DNA of 64,000 bases, from assembly GCA_905178155.1 (NCBI GenBank), contig CAJINV010000004.1, positions 6,972,358 through 7,036,357 on the forward strand, given 5' to 3'. Of this stretch, positions 63,731-64,000 are shown piece by piece (within the stretch, counting starts at the first letter, position 1; each line of letters starts with the position of its first letter). Position numbers and translations under genes: made by a program. This DNA comes from Amoebophrya sp. A120. Taxonomy: Eukaryota; Protista; Dinoflagellata. The notes under the pieces were generated by a model. It had not been told where the DNA came from. It saw only the letters and a program-made list of their open reading frames with translations, and did not search any database.

Positions 63731-64000
63731 CTCTAACAAATGTTATCGTACGAAAGAGTGTTTCACATGTATAAAGGGATTTTGCGAGTTTTGCGATCAC
63801 AAGTGTGATTATACATGATCACAGAGAAAATTTATTTGCCATGGGAGGGTAGAAGTTCTAGGGGAAAACACAGCTAAAAATTTGTTCTCTTGCATCTGTA
63901 GCAAGACAAACACTTCTGAAATACATTTTCTGCATTGCAAGTTTACAGGGAAACAGTTTTTTCTTGCGATAAATGTGCCGGAGGGATCACCGCTCCGACG

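Overview
Eukaryotic protist DNA. The unidirectional gene cluster and massive non-canonical intron invasion are most consistent with the parasitic dinoflagellate relative Amoebophrya (Syndiniales); this assignment is inferred, not verified. All ~14 recognisable genes lie on the minus strand: ABCC transporter, two SET/SMYD proteins, LSm6, TPR-RING protein, AlkB-like dioxygenase, a ~3,380-aa low-complexity protein, ZnF-PP2C, AKTIP-like, SIRT4-like, a ~2,700-aa VLIG GTPase and unknowns. The dominant feature is 35 short (145-330 bp) MITE-like elements in at least 8 sequence families. They share TAT...ATA termini (two copies have a one-base variant), terminal inverted repeats and a 5-bp target-site duplication. 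Nearly all sit in coding sequence, and removing element plus one TSD copy restores the frame and conserved motifs, so they act as non-GT-AG 'introner' introns. All families carry an internal TGTNATGC motif, which is absent from the one copy lying inside a canonical intron. One decayed copy has become a GT-AG intron through an AGGTA TSD. A TAA-flanked Harbinger-like element is nested in another copy.
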